From the NCBI GenBank assembly GCA_977017645.1, contig OZ360220.1, positions 48,794,001 to 48,858,000 of the forward strand: a stretch of 64,000 nucleotides of DNA, in the 5' to 3' direction. Below are positions 49,376-61,125 of this stretch, piece after piece. The first letter of the stretch is position 1. Every line of letters starts with the position of its first letter. The notes beneath the pieces were generated by a model. That model was given only the letters and a program-made list of their open reading frames with translations. It did no database searches and was not told the origin of the DNA. The position numbers were made by a program, and so were the translations under genes. This DNA comes from Torpedo marmorata (Eukaryota).

Positions 49376-50307
49376 ACTGACCAACGACTGCATCACCAGA
49401 TCCAGCTCCAACAGTTTCATCAAGTTTGCAGATGACACAAGAGTAGTAGTTGGCCTCATGAGCAACAACGATGAGTCGCACTATAGAGAAGAGGTGGAGA
49501 AAATCTTGTGAAGTGGTGCAAGAGTAACAACCTGAATCTCAACATGGACAAGGAGATGATCGTGGACTTCAGGAAGGCCAGGAACAACCACCTTCCATTA
49601 CACCACATCAACAACTCTGTAGTAGAGAGAGTGGAGAGCACCAAGTTCCTTGAAGTTCATTTAACTAGTGACCTATCATGGACACTCAACATCTCCTCAC
49701 TTGTCAGGAAGGCGCGACAGCGACTGCACTTCCTGAGAAGACTGAAGTGGGCAAGGCTACCGCCCACCATCATGTCAACCTTCTACAGGAGCTCTATCGA
49801 GTGTCCTGGCAGCTGCATCACAGTGTGGTACGGAGGCTGCAGAGAAATGGATCGAAGTTCAATTCTCAGGAGTGGCAGAGAGGATCACTGGAGACTCCCT
49901 CCCCCCCAAAGACGTGATCTACCAGGATCGTTGTCTGAAGAGGGTGCTCAAAATCATTGAGGACCCCTTCCACCCTGCACACAGCATCTTTCAGCTGCTG
50001 CCATCAGGAAAGACATACAGGAGTATCAGAGCCAGCTGAGGAACAGCTTCTTCCCACGGGCAGTGAGAATGCTGAACGACCAAAGGAACTGCTCACACTA
50101 AACATCCGAGACTCTCATATTCTTGAAACAATCTTTATTTATTTATTTATTTGTAAAGATAAATACTAGTCCTGTATATGTATTGTTTGTCTGTATGTAT
50201 ATTATGTCTGGTTGTATGTTTGTGTGTTTTGCACTGAGGACTGGAGAACACCGTTTTGTCGGGTTGTACTTGTACAATCAGATGACAATAAACTTGACTT
50301 GACTTGA
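49376..50307 (+). mobile_element. Rex1/Babar 3' fragment, (ACTTG)n tail
   Basis: KFADDT and KFLEVHLTSDLSW. Same subfamily as 2748-5068. Confidence 0.9.
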
Positions 50308-50663
50308 GATGAGTCGATTTTTGTTGTGAGCTTCGATTCACAAATAGGCCAGACTGGGTAAAAATGGCTGAATTTCATCAATGAATCAGATGGGTTTTGC
50401 AATAATCTTCCAGTTTCATGGTCACTTGGGTTTTAATCCCAGATCGCAGGTTATCCAAGTTACAAACTGAAAGCAAGCAAAAATTAAATCTTGTTTGCTT
50501 TTGTTGAAGTTGGATCCCTTCTGTGCATCATGGTGTTGTGAATGAACCTTTCACAGAACAGTGACACACAGAAACCTGTCGAAGTTGACAAATGTAAAAA
50601 CAGAAAAGAATTAAAATGCAAGGAGCTGTTGCTTGATTTTTAAAAAAAGCTCTTTTTTAAAAT

Positions 50664-50842
50664 AAAACACAAAAGTCTGCAGACACCGTGATTGAAGTAA
50701 AAACACAATGCTGGAGAAACTCAGCCAGTTAAACAGTTTACTTTATATAGCAAAGATAAAGAATCATAACCAACGTTGAAGGGCTCAAGCCCAAAAGTAC
50801 ACTGTTTGACCTGCTGAGTTTCTTCAGCATTCTATTTTTACT
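50664..50842. mobile_element. Palindromic Penelope-derived mini-element
   Basis: The left arm is the reverse complement of 13340-13450. It is followed by TGAAGGGCTCAAGCCCAAAA and a forward arm. Confidence 0.7.
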
Positions 50843-51192
50843 GATTGAATTTAATATCTCTTTCAACATGGTGGGATTTGAAAAGATGATTACTCCAGGT
50901 GTCCAGATGTTAGTTTTGTTTTGCATCTACATCTTTAACCATGTCTATAATTTCATCTGGCATATCGTGTCTATGATGATGCGAGATTAAACTCTTTAAA
51001 ACTTTTTCTTTGACTAATATTTTACTTATCCACTCTAATATCACATTTGCAATTCAGCCCTGTGAAGAAACTTGGGAAATTCCTGCCAGATAAAAGTTAG
51101 TTTCAAAAAGGAATGTTTTCATGCAGTGGATAATTGATATTGCTGTTGTGTCAATGCTGAATGAAAAACAGTTCCGACGCAAAACGCTAACT

Positions 51193-52234
51193 CACTGGAC
51201 AACAATTTTTTTTCTTTCTTTTTAAAATATTTTTATTGAGTTTTAACAAATAAACATGTATACAGAATAACAAGTTAAGAAAAACATTTGAAAAGTCATC
51301 TGGTGTTTATACATATATAAAAAAAACATACCGTATGTCATATTGACAAAGTTCTAAATTCATGTTAAAACTCTTATTCCATGTTGGTATCCTAAAAAAA
51401 AGGATAATCCAAAATAAAAAGAGAAAAAAAAACAAGAACAAAAAAAAAGAAAAAGCACTAATGACTATTCTAATCTAACCCCTCCCTCTAAACAAGGTTA
51501 ACTTTATATTAAAAAAAGGGAAGAAATATGGATCCCGTAGCGACCTCCAGGCATCGGTCAAAGACTCCTCGGGACAATCACCTTTATTAATTCTTCCAAT
51601 AATGATAGTATTCTATGAATGGCCCCTATATCTTTTTTTCAAAAGGTTTGCTTCCTGACAAAAAATTGGGGATTATAATAGACAACTTTAAGATGAACAC
51701 AAAGATAATTTCAGATTTGCTGTATCACGTAGGAGTTGGAGAAACATTAAATTAACTTTTGTTGAAATTAGCATGTTTAATTGCATAATGATGCTGACAC
51801 ATTTCATCAGTTCAACTGACCTAAAAATGTTTTGCTGCAGATTTTCATTTGTACTCATCATCTGATGCCTCTCGTGTCAGTGTCCAACAAATAGTCGGCC
51901 AGCATTGATGGGTTCCAGTTGCCCTGATACCACTTTTCCATGGTCGCAATGTCCTGGTGAAACCTTTCACCATGTTCGTCACTGACTGCACCAAGATCAG
52001 CAGGGAAGAAGTCCAAGTGCGAATGCAGAAAATGAATTTTCAATGACATGTTGCACTTCATGGTTTTGTATGCTTGAAGTTGACTTAAAATATGAGAGGA
52101 AATCACAAAAATAGGTCATATCTAAAAGTCGGTACGTGATAGGACATTTTAAAGGTGATTTTCGTGATCAGCAGCCCAAAATCCATAAAATACACCCAAA
52201 AGTGTTCAGGAAGCATAGTCTTCGTTGTCCAGTG
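51193..52234 (-). mobile_element. Chapaev non-autonomous DNA transposon with L1 insertion
   Basis: CACTGGACAA/TTGTCCAGTG TIRs. ORF 51858-52106 reads CNMSLKIHFLHSHLDFFP..SDEHGERFHQDI. Homologous to 28774-29385. Confidence 0.85.
51207..51631 (-). mobile_element. L1-clade 3' UTR fragment
   Basis: Minus strand reads GPFIEYYH (ORF2 end-like), then UTR and AATAAAAATATTTT + A-rich tail. It sits in the T-run next to the Chapaev TIR. Confidence 0.7.
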
Positions 52235-52425
52235 TTATTACTCTCCATGATGTTGCCTTGACAGCTGAATCCCTCTAGAATCTCAATATTCCAGCATCTG
52301 CATTTTCTGTGCTTCTTTGGGAGATCTTTAGGGGCATGGAAAAGGGCAAAAGGGCAGGGTGGTGATGAGAGGGGGGAAGGGGGGGTGGGGTTGGATTGCC
52401 CTTGCTTAGAACCAACACAGGACTC

Positions 52426-52673
52426 TGTGGTAAACCACTTTATATGTATTGTGGCCTGAGGCAGGTATGACCATGACCTGTCTGTCTGTCCCGGTGACCC
52501 CTCCACTTTTACCTGGAATAAAGGCCTTGAGCCCGCAACTCCTCCCCCAGTTCCGGGACAATCCAGCAGGGATCATCAGGTCAAGTCATAGTCAGCCCTG
52601 GCTTGATTCTGCTAATAAAAGCCTGTTAATTCCTGCACTTCTAGACTCGTGTTGGTTATTGATAGGTACGTCA
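52426..52673 (+). mobile_element. Solo LTR
   Basis: TGTGGTAAACC..TCA, AATAAA, perfect 5-bp TSD GACTC. Confidence 0.88.
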
Positions 52674-53174
52674 GACTCAAAGGGGTAAAGCAGCCCTTTC
52701 CTGCGGTGTAGCTGTTCTGTGATTCTGTGAAATGGTCAGAAACATCAGTGACAAGACCACATATCTTCTGCTATCTGTTCCCTCCATTCTTGGTACAAAG
52801 CGTACACAATATTTTATGGTGTGATGCTCTCTCAATCTGTTTTGGGTCAGGGTTACACCAGATAAAGCTTCCTGCTGCAGCCCAAACAAAGCAGAATCTT
52901 ATTGAATCCACAGCTACAAAGTCTCCACGTCAGGCAGTGTTATTTGATTAATGGTTCTGAAACCCTTTGTCTCGGCACACTTTATTCCGTTGAATTTAGC
53001 TGATCTGGTTTACAGCATTTTCCCCTTTTATTTCAGGTTCCAAACCTCTTCCATTATTAACTTTGACTACAGTTGCTAACTGAGTGGGTTTGGTGGCGCA
53101 GGCCAGCACAAACCTGGACAGCTGGACAACATGGACAGAGGGCACCAGGGCAGTTACAGACTGTGGAACAACAA

Positions 53175-53408
53175 ACAATCTGCTGGAGGTGGACTCAGCA
53201 GGTCACGCAGCATCCAGAGGAAGTAAAGGGTAATCAACGGTTCAGGCCTAGGCTCTTCAATAGGCACGTATACCTAACGATGGTTCCAGGCCCAAAAACA
53301 TTGACTGCCTTTTACTTCCTTTAGATGCTGCATGACCTGCTGAGTTTCTCCAGCACCTTTGTGTATTGCACTCAATTCCAGCATCTTCAGACATTCATGT
53401 TTAACTCC
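53175..53408. mobile_element. Palindromic Penelope-derived mini-element
   Basis: TGCTGGAG..CTCAGCAGGTCA..GCAGCATC..GGAAGTAAA is mirrored by TTTACTTCC..GATGCTGC..TGACCTGCTGAG..CTCCAGCA. The centre holds decayed hammerhead cores. Confidence 0.7.
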
Positions 53409-53825
53409 TTGTTTTCTGTGAGCTTTATTGTGGATCAAAATTAGTGCTGGAGCATGGCAACTTATTTTAACCTATCTGTATGGGACGCAAAACGAAGCTT
53501 TCCACTGTATCTCGACACACGTGACAACAACCAAGTCAATTCAATGCAATAATATCTGTATAACTTGATGGGCTAATTAGAGGCCAGGACAATTGTGACT
53601 TCAAATTTAATATTCGCAGTTGGGAAATCTAAATTCAAGGAATTAAATAAATTGGAATTAAAAAGGTAATGCTACTTTTAGTTTTGTTTAAAATCATTCA
53701 GTTTATTAATATCCTTCAGAGAAAGAAAACTGCTGTTCCCACCCAGTTTGGCTTTTATGTAACCCCAGAATGTGGTTGACTCTGTACTGTCTCTTCAATT
53801 TAGATCTGGAGTTTTTTTCTCTAGT

Positions 53826-54222
53826 TATTGTGGTCTGCCCGAAACTTGTTGGTCTTTCAGCACACTGAGATGTCGGTGAAGGAATGCTGCAGACTGGCTC
53901 ATTCCAGGGTGCAGATGTATGTGCTGAGGGATGCACTGAGGCTTGGTGCAGCCAACGCGAGGGCACTGTGGGGAAGGACTACAGACCAGAGTCCTCGCAT
54001 TACCGGGCATTGAGGAGCCGAGGGGAAGTCCCTCAAACAACAGAGGGGGAGTAACGGTAAGGTGCCACAGTGGTGGCAATGGCGTAAATAGAGAACGTAT
54101 TTAACAATGTACATTGATGAAATGTACTGTATGGATATGGCACTAAGGATGTGAAAAGACTTTGAACGGTTTTCTTTTATGTAAGTAATATATTGTGTAT
54201 AAAGTTTATTTTTGGGGAAAAA
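53826..54222 (+). mobile_element. Tx1-like LINE 3' fragment
   Basis: WSARNLLVFQH..CCRLAHSR..VLRDALRLG ORF2 C-terminus; tail TAAAGTTTATTTTTGGGGAAAAAA. Confidence 0.75.
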
Positions 54223-54234
54223 ATCTTCAGCACA

Positions 54235-55350
54235 TAACAACTCTGTGTTTCTGGGGACGCATGCAGAGACAGACATTCAGAGCTGCTGGAAGATCATCAA
54301 CTCGAAAGACACCCTTTGGTCTGCCCGAAACTTGTTGGTCTTCCAGCACTCCAAGATGTCGGTGAGGGAATGCTGCCGACTGGCACCTTCCAGGCTTCAG
54401 GAGTACATGCTAAGGGACGCTCTGAGGCTTGGCACAGCTGATGTGAAGTCTTTGTGGAGAAGGACCACAGTCTGGAGTCCGTCACTACCAGACATTGAGG
54501 GGCTGAGAGCTGAGGGAAAGCCCCTCAAACAATGGAGGTGGGGAGTCACTACAAGGGGTCACAGTAGTTGCAACGGTACTACATAGCAAATTAGAGAATG
54601 AATGTAACAATGTACAGCAATGGAATGTCTGTATATCACAATTAGAATTTATTGTCATGAACATGACGCAAAATTTGTTGTTTCACGGCAGCATCACAGT
54701 GCAAATATTGCTATAAATTACATTTCAAAAATCAATAAATAGTGCAAGAAAATAGGAGAAAGTGAGGTAGTGGACAATGTAAGACCATCTGAGTTCCTCC
54801 AGCATTTCTGTGTGTTTTTACTACAATCATAGCATCTTCAGACTTTCATGTTTCACTCTGAAAGTGAGGTAGTGTCTGTGGTTCATTATCCATTCAGAAA
54901 TCTGATGGCAGATGAGAGAAATAAGCTGTTTTTGTGCCACTGGATGCTCGTCTTCAGACTCATGTGCTTCTTTCCTGATGGTAGCAGTATGAAGAGGGCA
55001 TGGCCTGGGTGGTGAGGATAGAGGCTGCTTTCTTAAGGTACCGTCTCTTGTAGATGTCCTCGATGAAGTGAAGTCTGGTGCCCGTGGTGTTGATGGCCGA
55101 GTTAACCACTCTCTTGAGCTTTTTCCTGTCCTGTTCATTGGCACTTCCATACCAGACTGTGATGCAACCAGACAGAATGCTCTCCACGGTACACCTGTAG
55201 AAATTTTCGAGAGTCTTTGGTGACATACCAAATCTCCTCAAACTTCTTACAAAGTATAGCCGTTATAGACACCAAGAATGCAAAATGACTTTGGACATTT
55301 TTATTTTGTGCATAGTTTCAATGGGAATAAAGATTATATTTGGGGAAAAA
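54235..55350 (+). mobile_element. Second Tx1-like 3' fragment, split by a Rex1 insertion
   Basis: Same peptide (54212-54586). The 3' UTR resumes at ~55265 and ends AATAAAGATTATATTTGGGGAAAAA. Confidence 0.75.
54640..55262 (-). mobile_element. Rex1/Babar 3' fragment containing an 87-bp PLE insert
   Basis: ORF 54960-55241 ([22 protein letters not shown]). Insert 54773-54859 is flanked by the 15-bp direct repeat GAAAGTGAGGTAGTG. Confidence 0.85.
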
Positions 55351-55391
55351 CCTTAAGCCCATGACAGTTAAGACTATTTAATGAAAGACCT

Positions 55392-55780
55392 TGTCGGGGG
55401 ACTCACGATGGGCTGCGGACTGCTGGAGGTTGGCTCGAACTGGCTGGAGGAGTACCAGGTATCGGAACCGGGATGTGAGGGGGTGCCGAGGGCGACCTGA
55501 CCGTGTTGGAGGTTCGGATCTGGAGCTCGGGATGCCGATCGTTTGGACTGGACTCTGTGTGGCTGCGGAAGCGCTGGAGGCGAATCTATGGACACTTGGT
55601 GACTCTGGGGGGACTCTCTTTTGCTTCTCTTTCTCTGATTGTAAGGAATGTTAGAGGCGCCTAGGCAGTTTCTGCCGATGGCGAATCTGTCTGCCTTGGA
55701 GCAGGCAAAAAGAAATTTCGTGGTATATGACACTGTCGTATTGCTGTGACAATAAATTGAATCTTGAATCTTGAATCTTG
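55392..55780 (+). mobile_element. Unclassified non-coding retroposon with Rex1-like 3' end
   Basis: GC-rich body, then TGACAATAAA + (AATCTTG)3 tail. No RT coding similarity seen. Confidence 0.55.
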
Positions 55781-56802
55781 TATAAGTGAGGGCAGAAACA
55801 AATGTAGTTACATTGAATCAGGAGTGATTGTTCAGAGAAATCCAATTATCTCTTTGAAATAATATAACCAACTAACTCGTATACATAACATGAGTGGGTC
55901 ACAGCCCAGAGATGTGGATGATGATGGGGAGGAGGAGGATGGGGGTTGGTGGAAGTGAAGGGAATGAAGGTGAAAGATAAAATAAAGAACCTGATGTGCA
56001 TTTGTGTTGCAAATATTGCTGAGTCACGCCTATTTCTTTTAGAAACATCGGATGTTAAACAACTTTTAGCATGCTTGTCAAAGCTTCTGTTCCATTTTAT
56101 TGATCAAAAGGTGTAGGGAAAGACTTGAACTAGTTGCACAATTTACCAGCAGTGTTTTCTTGAATCAGAAACCGCCCAATCTGATGTCTAATGTAAGCAG
56201 ATGCAACGTCCGTCATTACGGATGATTAAAATCCTACTGGGGCACAGGACAGTGTAAGCAGCTGAAAGGATTTGAAAGAAAAGCGTTTGTGTAAAATGGT
56301 GGCACCTTTTATTTTTGTATGTCCCTCACTAACCACTATGGGACAAAGCTTTCTTAGTAGATTCCAAACTAAATGGACAGCCACAGGCTTTTTTTTTTCC
56401 TATCTGTCCATTTACACCTTTCACATTCTTCTGTTGTGCTCGTGGCATGGTGACATCACAGAAACCTATTTGGTTCACTGTGTCCATAGTGGCTCCGTAC
56501 CAAAGCAGTTCACTGCATACAATCCCCAGCCTCTTCTCTGAAGCCTTGCATTTTTTTCTCACCAGTTATTTATAGAATTATGGAGAGATACCTACTTCAC
56601 TTTCTCTCACTACCTCACCTTCTCTTTTTTAACACTTTATTTTTTTAAATGTCATTTTACAGCAATATTTGCATTGTAATGCTGACGTGAAACAACAAAT
56701 TTTGTTACATGTTCCTGACGATAAATTCTGATTCTGATATTGAGATACAGCATGGAAACAGGTCCTACAGCCCTCTGAGTCCACCATTTACACTAATCCT
56801 AA

Positions 56803-57270
56803 ATGTTGCCTGAATCGGAGAACATGTCATATGAAGCAAAATTGACAAAGCTAGGGCTTTTCTCGTCAGAGCAATGAAGGATGGGAGTTGACTTAAAAGA
56901 AGTATACAAGATTATAAGAGGCTTAGATAGGGTGGACAGCCAGCACCTTTTTCCTGGGATGACAATAGCAAATAGCAGAGGGCATCTGTTTAAGGTGAGT
57001 GGAGGAAAGTTTAGGGGAGATGTCAGAGGTAATTTTATTTTTACTCAGAGACTGGGTGGTGCCCGGAATGCATTACTGGGGGTGGTGGAGGAGGCTAAAA
57101 CAATAGGGACATTCAAAAGACACTTGGATAGGTACATGGATGCAAAGGAATAGAGGGTTATGGGTGTGAAGTGGGGAAAAATGAGACTGCTGTGGAGTAC
57201 GTTTACAGAGGTTAGCACAACATCGTGGGCTGAAGGGCCTGTGCTGTGCTGTGAAGCTCTATGTTCTATA
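56803..57270 (+). mobile_element. CR1 3' fragment
   Basis: ORF 56881-57153 (DLKEVYKII..RGHLFK) and TTCTAT tail. Confidence 0.8.
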
Positions 57271-57334
57271 TTAATCATTGTTTAATTCTCCCCAGATTCT
57301 CATCAACCCCACCCCTCCCCCACATTTCACCACT

Positions 57335-57542
57335 CACCTACACACCAAGGGAAATGTCGAAGTAGCCAATTAACCTATCAACTCATACATCTATGGGCCA
57401 TAGGTAGAAATCGGAACATCCAGAGGAAACCCGCCTGGTCACAGGGAGAGCTTGCAAACTCTGCACTGTAGCTCCGAGGACAAAATTTGATCCCGGTTCT
57501 AAGTGGCGTGAGGCAGTAGCTCTATCAGCTATGCCACTGTGC
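57335..57542 (-). mobile_element. Older, diverged V-SINE
   Basis: Reverse complement has a tRNA-like head and GAGTTTGCA..CTCCCTGTGACC..GGGTTTCCTC. Confidence 0.6.
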
Positions 57543-57704
57543 TTACATGCATCCAGTTCCTTCTTGAAGGCCATTTTGGAAGCTGCCTTCACTACATTTG
57601 TAGGCAATGCATTCCAGATTCTAAATGCATAGATTTTCATCACACCACTCTTAAATGTTTTACCCTTTATTTTTCACCTGTGACCTTGAATCATTGATAA
57701 CCAA

Positions 57705-57825
57705 GAAAATCTGCAGATGCTGTGGCCTACTGCAGTACACAGAAGTGCTGGAGAAACTCAGGTCTTACAGCACCCATAGGAAATAAAAGGTAGTCGATGT
57801 TTCCGCCCGAGTCCTTCTTCAGGAG
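57705..57825 (-). mobile_element. Penelope-like pseudo-LTR remnant with CTGAAGA..GAAA core
   Basis: Minus strand reads CCTGAAGAAGGACTCGGGCGGAAACATCGAC (57823-57793), followed by the shared terminal block. Confidence 0.65.
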
Positions 57826-57849
57826 GGAATCATTAACCCCTCCAATCTC

Positions 57850-58200
57850 GCACTATCCGCCCTGCTAGATCCTTCATTACTTTATATATTTCTCTTAAAT
57901 CTCATCCTTATTTTTTCTCTAAAGTTAGAAGAGAAAGGTATCACATCCTCTCTCGTAACACGAGTCCCTTGTCACAGGTACCATTCTCGTCAATCTTTTC
58001 TGTACCCCCTCAAACCCCTTCCTTCTCGTAATGTGATGACCAGCTGACATGGCTGTACATTTCAGATCCAAACCCATGGACCAAAAATTTAAGAAGGAGC
58101 CTCCTGGACCCAACCTGCTCAACCTCTCCCTGTATCTCAGGCCCCCGATTCCTGGCAACAACCTCATAAATCTTCTCTGCACCCTCTCCAGCTTGACAAT
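57850..58200 (-). mobile_element. CR1 ORF2 C-terminal fragments
   Basis: The peptide KLERVQRRFMRLLP..ERLSRLG is encoded on the minus strand. Confidence 0.65.
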
Positions 58201-58511
58201 GTATTTTTTTATCCAGTTCTGACAAAGGGTCTTTGATTTGAACCATGAAATCTGTTTCTCATGCCCCAGGTGAGGCCTGACTTCCTGCATTCTAGGTTTT
58301 TATATAAGATTTCCAGCATCTGCAGAGTTTTTGATTTTCACTTTTGTTAGGACAGGTGTCCAAATGCTTGCTCTTCTGACAAAATTGGTGGAATGGCGTC
58401 AAGAAGACATCAGTGCCCAGAAATACACCATTCAAGTCCACACCAACCTCCTGTGAAGCATAAACATCAGCCCCAATACTTTCCTTGGAATCCTGCAATT
58501 GTTTCACTCAG

Positions 58512-58975
58512 AAGTGGTTGGCCTATGACGAGAGATTGAGTAGTCTGGGACTGTACTCGCTGGAATATAGAAGAATGAGAGGGGATCTTATAGAAACATA
58601 TAAAATTATGAAAGGCATAGATAAGATAGAGGTAGGTAAGTTGTCTCCATTGGTGGGGGAGACTAGAACTATGGGACATAGCCTCAAGATCCAGGGTAGT
58701 AGATTTAGGACAGAGATGAGGAGGAACTGCTTTTCCCAGAGGGTTGTGAATCTGTGGAATTCACTGCCCATTGAAGCAGTGGAGGCGACCTCAGTAAATA
58801 TATTTAAGACAACGTTGGATAGATTTCTACATAGTAATGGAATTAAGGGATATGGGTAAATGGCAGGTAGGTGGAGATGAGCTGATCGTCAGATCAGCCA
58901 TGATCACATTGAATGGCGGAGCAGACTTGACGGGCCGAATGGCCTACTCCTGCTCCTATTTCTCATATTCTTATG
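58512..58975 (+). mobile_element. CR1 3' fragment
   Basis: ORF 58485-58859 (YSLEYRRMRGDLIETYKI) and 3' UTR. Confidence 0.88.
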
Positions 58976-60900
58976 CCTCACCAATCCCCTTTTAAAGCTG
59001 TGATTGATTGATTGATTATTCAGTTAAAATAACTTTCTTTTCTCTTTCATTGTGCTTTTCTTTCTCTCTGGAGGTTATTGCCTGCATGTTACATCACTTC
59101 GCTTTCAACTTTATTGGCCAGGTTCCAGCAGGTTTATTTCCCATGAAGCTAGGAACTCCATTTCACTTCGTCAATAAATCCTCATCAGTTTTTTTTTGCA
59201 GAGCTACTTTGCCTGTGGAAATCTATTCTACTGTGCCAGTATATTTATTTTCATTTCTTTTCTCAACTGACTCCGACCTACTGAAATTTTCAATGACTCA
59301 GCGCTGCTATCTGCAAATTAACTTCGCCTCCAACCCTGCCTGACATTAGTTAGTTCCATTTTGCCTGATCTAACTTTCACAAAATGCATTGTGGTTGATA
59401 AGTATTGCAGTTTTGCTCTGAAATGTGTGAAATTTACAGCATTTTTTCTATTGCAGTAGCTTTGCAATCGTCTGTAATTTTATATCACTATTGCCATCTG
59501 GAGGTACTTTTAAACTAATTGAAAGATGGGCAATAGTTACATGTTGCATATATTGATATAAATGTTTATTTAACAAGACTGATTATAATTAGTGTCTGTA
59601 ACGACTTACAACACATTCCTTTTTACCTAACTCCATTTCACAATATAAGCCATGGCATCTGTTTTATCAGTTAAACTTCAATTTTTATTGCTTGTGCTAA
59701 TTGCAGTTCTTAATCTTGTTTACTCCTGGGCATAATTTGCTGTTAAATCCCAGGTCAGTTGCAACATTCCCTTGCCAGACAGGGCGAGGAGCTGGTTAAG
59801 TGAAGAAAGTTTGGCTAAATGATTAAAGTTGATATTTGCAATAATTAGAATTTTTTTTTTTAATCTGCAGATGACTTGCTGAGTTCCTCCAGCACGCTTG
59901 TGTTCTGATTTAGAATCAAACGGTGCTTCGTATTGAGAAGATTTTCAATGGAAGTTGGGAATTGCAAGACCCATACGTTGAGGAATGAAAGCATAATTGT
60001 TGATTTATAAGGGATGAGCTTGGCTCTGAGAGAGCAATGTGACTTAACAATGTCATCCAACTGATCTTCGAATGCAGTTAGGAAGAAGTGTAGCACTGGT
60101 GATCTTGCTCTTCTTCAAATTGAATGAAACCTTAATTGAATTCAAAAAGTATTTTGCCCAGAGAGAATCCAACTCCTATTGTTCGCCCAGCAGCCATTGC
60201 AATTGCTTTCATGCAGATTGCACCCCCAGAGAGCGATTGGAATATGAACCTCACAACTCCTGAGAGTGAATGAGGTCACCAGTCCTGAAAGAGAGGCTCA
60301 GAAACAAGCACACAAGAGAGGAAAGGAATGGAGGGATATCTTAACTGGATGAGATAAAGCAGGGCGGAAGAGATTTATGAGGACCATTAAAACTGGCATG
60401 AATCTGTTCTGCCATATGGCTTTTTTCAGCTCTTAATAATATTTGTATCATGTGATCCTTGTACTGTTACAGCTTCATTAATCCGGATCTGGATTTACGA
60501 CCAACTTCCTCAGTTCATGTCGTACTCACCAGCTCATTTCTGATATCATCCATCTTCCTTGGTCCTTGTGACTCAACATGAATTTCCACCTTGGTTCTTG
60601 TTGGCCTCCTTTTTGTTCTTTACCATGAAGTGTTGCAGCTGGTTATGAAGTCATTCTCAATTTGTAATGTCAGAAGGTTGTGACGGATACCTCGTTGGAG
60701 TCAGGTCTCACCCATATAATTCATAGGCCGAACCTCCAGAAGAGCCATGGGATAGCTAAATTATTGTTAAATTGGTGCATTATTTTTGGTGGTGCTAGTA
60801 TTTCTATTGTAAGGAGAATTGAAGCCACCTCTGTCTCTAGGATAACATCCCACCATCAATCAGTACCATTAAAATGAATGGGCATCTCACCATTTGCGCC

Positions 60901-61125
60901 AGCACTGTTTCACTATTACAGCACAAGTGACCCTGGGTTCAAATCCAGCGCTGTCTGTAAGGAGTTTGTACGTTCTCCCCGTGACCACATGGGTTTCCTC
61001 CGGGTCCTCTGATTTCTCCCACATTCTAAAGATGTACGGGGTTAATTGATCACATGGGTGTATTTAGGCAGTGCTGGCTCTTGGGCCGGAAGGTCCTGTT
61101 ACCATGCTTTATCTCTGAATTTAAA
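60901..61125 (+). mobile_element. V-SINE (HE1-like)
   Basis: GGGTTCAAATCC B-box, V-domain and tail. Confidence 0.8.

Noticed and set aside
57925-58290. ORFs 57925-58290 and 58010-58246 listed as + strand
   Set aside because: The given peptides match the reverse complement (TTA at 57925 is the minus-strand stop), so the strand label appears wrong. They are CR1 fragments, not genes.
58350-58511. Plus-strand exon after TTTTGTTAG
   Set aside because: An open frame exists, but there is no clear donor before the CR1 fragment and the peptide is not recognisable.
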